DNA from: the human T2T-CHM13v2.0 reference genome, Homo sapiens
DNA length: 64,000 nt
Reading direction: 5' to 3' (one strand)
Assembly (NCBI RefSeq): GCF_009914755.1
Contig: NC_060937.1
Both the position numbers and the translations under genes were made by a program. This document shows, piece by piece, positions 61,144 to 64,000 of this stretch; within the stretch, counting starts at the first letter, position 1; the number at the start of each line of letters is the position of its first letter. Under the pieces are notes generated by a model. That model was given only the letters and a program-made list of their open reading frames with translations. It did no database searches and was not told where the DNA came from.

Positions 61144-61629
61144 GTATATCCAAATGATTAATAAATAAAAAATGCTCCTGACTGTAGACTTCAGAAACAG
61201 GTACATAAAATGCAACAAGGTGCCACAACACACTCACCAGCATAGTTAAAATGAGAAAGATGGAAAGTATCAAAAATCTATGTAGAATAACTGTAACTCT
61301 CACACACTGCTAATAGGATTGTATGTTGGTAGAATGACCTTGCAGATGTGTTTGGTAGTTTCTATTAAAGATGACTGCATGCACATTCCATGACTTAGTA
61401 AGTCCACTACTGTAATATATAGTCAATAGAAATGCGTATATAAACTCACTGAGATACAAGTGCTGGAATGCTCAGGCCAATACTGCTCCAGTGTCCTCAA
61501 CCATAGAATAGATAGATAAATTTTGGAATTCAGGAATAAAAATAAACAGTCACCCACCACATGGACAAATCTTATAAATGTAAGTTTGATTGAAAGAAGC
61601 TATTCTCCAAGTAGTATACTGTATGATGC

Positions 61630-61990
61630 TATATTAGTCTATTTTCATGCTGCTGATGAAGACATACCTGAGACTAGGTGATTTATAATGAAAAATAGTT
61701 TTAATGGACTCACAGTTCCACATGGCTGAGGAGGCCTCACAATCATGGTGGAAGGCAAAAGGCACATCTTACATGGTGGCAGACAAGAGAGAATAAAAAC
61801 CAAATGAAAAGGGTTTCCCCTTATAAAACCATCAGATCTCATGAGACTTATTCACTACCATGAGAACAGTATGGGGGAAACTGCCCTCATGATTCAGTTA
61901 TCTCCCACCAGGTCCCCCCCACAACACATGGGAATTATGGGACTACAGTTCAAGATGAGATTTGGGTGGGGACAAAGCCAAACCATATCA
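61630..61990 (-). mobile_element. THE1B-like MaLR solo LTR
   Basis: attagtc..ttttcatgctgctgat...gccaaaccatatca; perfect 5-bp TSD gatgc (61625-61629 / 61991-61995). Confidence 0.93.
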
Positions 61991-62819
61991 GATGCTATTT
62001 ACATAAAGTATAAAAACAGACAAAACTAATAATGATGGGGAAGTGATTGGAAAGGGATATGGGAGGTTTCTGCGCTGCTGGTAAAATTATTTTGTGAACT
62101 GAGTAAAGATACAATACATAGGTCTTTTTAGACTGGGAAAGTTTATGGAGCTGCCTTTTGTAGTTATCATGTCATGGCTTCAGATCTGGAAAGAGTATAA
62201 GTTTTGTTGCTCACAGTATCTAGTCTCAGTCAACTCAGTGACTCTTACTCAGATTACTTGATTCAATTTTACATGTCCTTGGTTCTGAAGAAATGTACAG
62301 GTATTTTCTGTCAAAATCTAAAGAGCTTTGAATTTGATAGACTCCTAAGATGCATATGTGTTTTCTATCAGCATGATAAAGAATTTTGAGCCAGATGAGA
62401 TTTTACATTTTCTCCTACATTGTACATTTTTCCTACATTTTGGGGACCATACAACCCTTCTGTCTTTAAGAGATAAACAAATAAATTTGGACAGCTCCAA
62501 GGGTTTCCATAACTGTGGTGACAACTTAAGATGCCACTCTACCGAATGAGAACAAATTTACGTCATAAATGCTTTTGCTTAAAGTAAGTTTTGTCAAAAC
62601 TTATACTGCAAAGTATTTTTTAAACTAAGTTACTTTGACTTTTTAGAACAGTATATAGTGGTTGTGACTTAAGCTTAACTACAGAAATGGATTCAGATCC
62701 AAGTTCTATTATTCAAGAATTATATAGCTTGGGGCTTTCTTTTTTCTCAGCTTTAACCAAGATTCATCTATTAAATTAGGATAATAACATCATTTTATTT
62801 TATATAACTTTTAAATTTT

Positions 62820-62946
62820 ATTTATATATTTTATATATGTAAATATATTTATATTTACATATTTACATATATGCAAATATGTAAATATATTTATATTTAC
62901 ATATTTACATATATGCAAATATGTAAATATTTTTACATTTACATAG
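62820..62946 (+). repeat. AT-rich tandem repeat (~42-bp period)
   Basis: atatgtaaatatatttatatttacatatttacatatatgcaa repeated about 2.5 times. Confidence 0.9.
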
Positions 62947-63285
62947 AGAGAGACATGGGCTCCCTCTGTCACCTGTGCTGGAATGCAGTGGTGTGATCAT
63001 GGCTCACTGCAGCCTCAAACTCTCATGAGCTCTAGCAATCCTCCTACATCAGCCTCCTGAGTAGCTGGGACCAAAGGTGCACACCAATATGCCTGGCTTT
63101 TTTTTTTTTTTTTTGGTAGAAATGAGGTCTCACAATGTTGCCCAGTCTGGCCTCAAGTGATCCTCTCACCTAGGCTTCCCAAGTAAATGAGACAACAGGT
63201 GTGGATGACCATGCCTGGCTAATTTTTCTTTTCTTTTCTTTCTTTCTTTCTTTTCTTTTTTTTTTTTCTTAAGAAGTGGTGTCCC
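62947..63285 (-). mobile_element. AluJ followed by a partial extra arm
   Basis: gatcatggctcactgcagcctcaaactc; second T-rich linker at 63221-63270. Confidence 0.85.
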
Positions 63286-64000
63286 AGGACAGATTTTCAG
63301 CTGAATTCTACAAGAGGTGACAAAGTAGGGCTGGTATCGTTGATACTGAAACTATTCCAAAAAATTGAAAAGGAGGCACTCCTGCCTAACTCATTCTATG
63401 AAGCCAGCATCATCCTGATACCAAAACCTGACCAAGGTACAACAAAAAAAGAAAACTTCAAGCCAATATCTTTGATGTACATAGGTACAAAAATCCTCAA
63501 TAAAATACTGGCAAACTAAATCCAGCAGCACATCAAAAAGCTTATTCACCTCAATCAAGTTGGTTTCATACCTGGGATGCAAGGTTGGTTCAACACAACC
63601 TCACTGTGATCAATAAATGTGATTCATTACTTAAACAGAACTAAAGACAAAAAAATCAATAAATGTGATTTATTACTTAAACAGAGCTCAAGACAAAAAC
63701 CACATGATTATCTCAATAGATACAAAAAAGGCCTTTGATAAAATTCAACATTCCTGCATGTTAAAGACTTTCCATAAACTAGGTATTGAAGGGATATACC
63801 TCAAAATATGTAAGAGCCATATATGACAAACCCACAGCCAATATACTAAATGGGCAAAAGCTGGAAGCACTCCCTTAAAAACTGGCACTAGACAAGGATG
63901 CCCTCTCTCACCACTCCTATTCAACATAGTTTTGGAAATTCTGGCCAGGGCAATCAGCAAGAGAAAGAAATAAAGCGTATTCAAATAGGAAGTCAAATTA
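63286..64000 (+). mobile_element. L1 (L1PB/old L1PA) ORF2 RT region, runs off the window
   Basis: aactcattctatgaagccagcatcatcctgataccaaaacc...aaggcctttgataaaattcaaca...ggatgccctctctcaccactcctattcaacatag. Confidence 0.92.

Overview
Primate (human-like) AT-rich, CpG-poor non-coding genomic DNA dominated by interspersed repeats: Alu J/S/Y, L1PA/L1MA/old L1M, L2, MIR, CR1/L3, ERVL/MaLR/ERV1 LTRs, and Tigger/hAT DNA transposons. I see no intact protein-coding gene, RNA gene or CpG island. The only recognisable cellular-gene sequence is a 5'-truncated, frameshifted processed pseudogene of NXT1 (minus strand, ~10992-11569). It lies inside an ancient two-LTR ERVL-class provirus (LTR16C-type LTRs plus ERV3-16A3/HERV16-like internal sequence, ~6838-12137). 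The most informative observations are mechanistic or structural: an L1PA with a twin-priming signature that captured ~36 nt of the L1 5'UTR, a perfect 16-bp hairpin, several local duplications, and a weakly supported set of minus-strand splice signals. Repeat names come from recalled consensus sequences, not a database search, so subfamily calls and the boundaries of old repeats are approximate. I found no support for a previously undescribed biological system.
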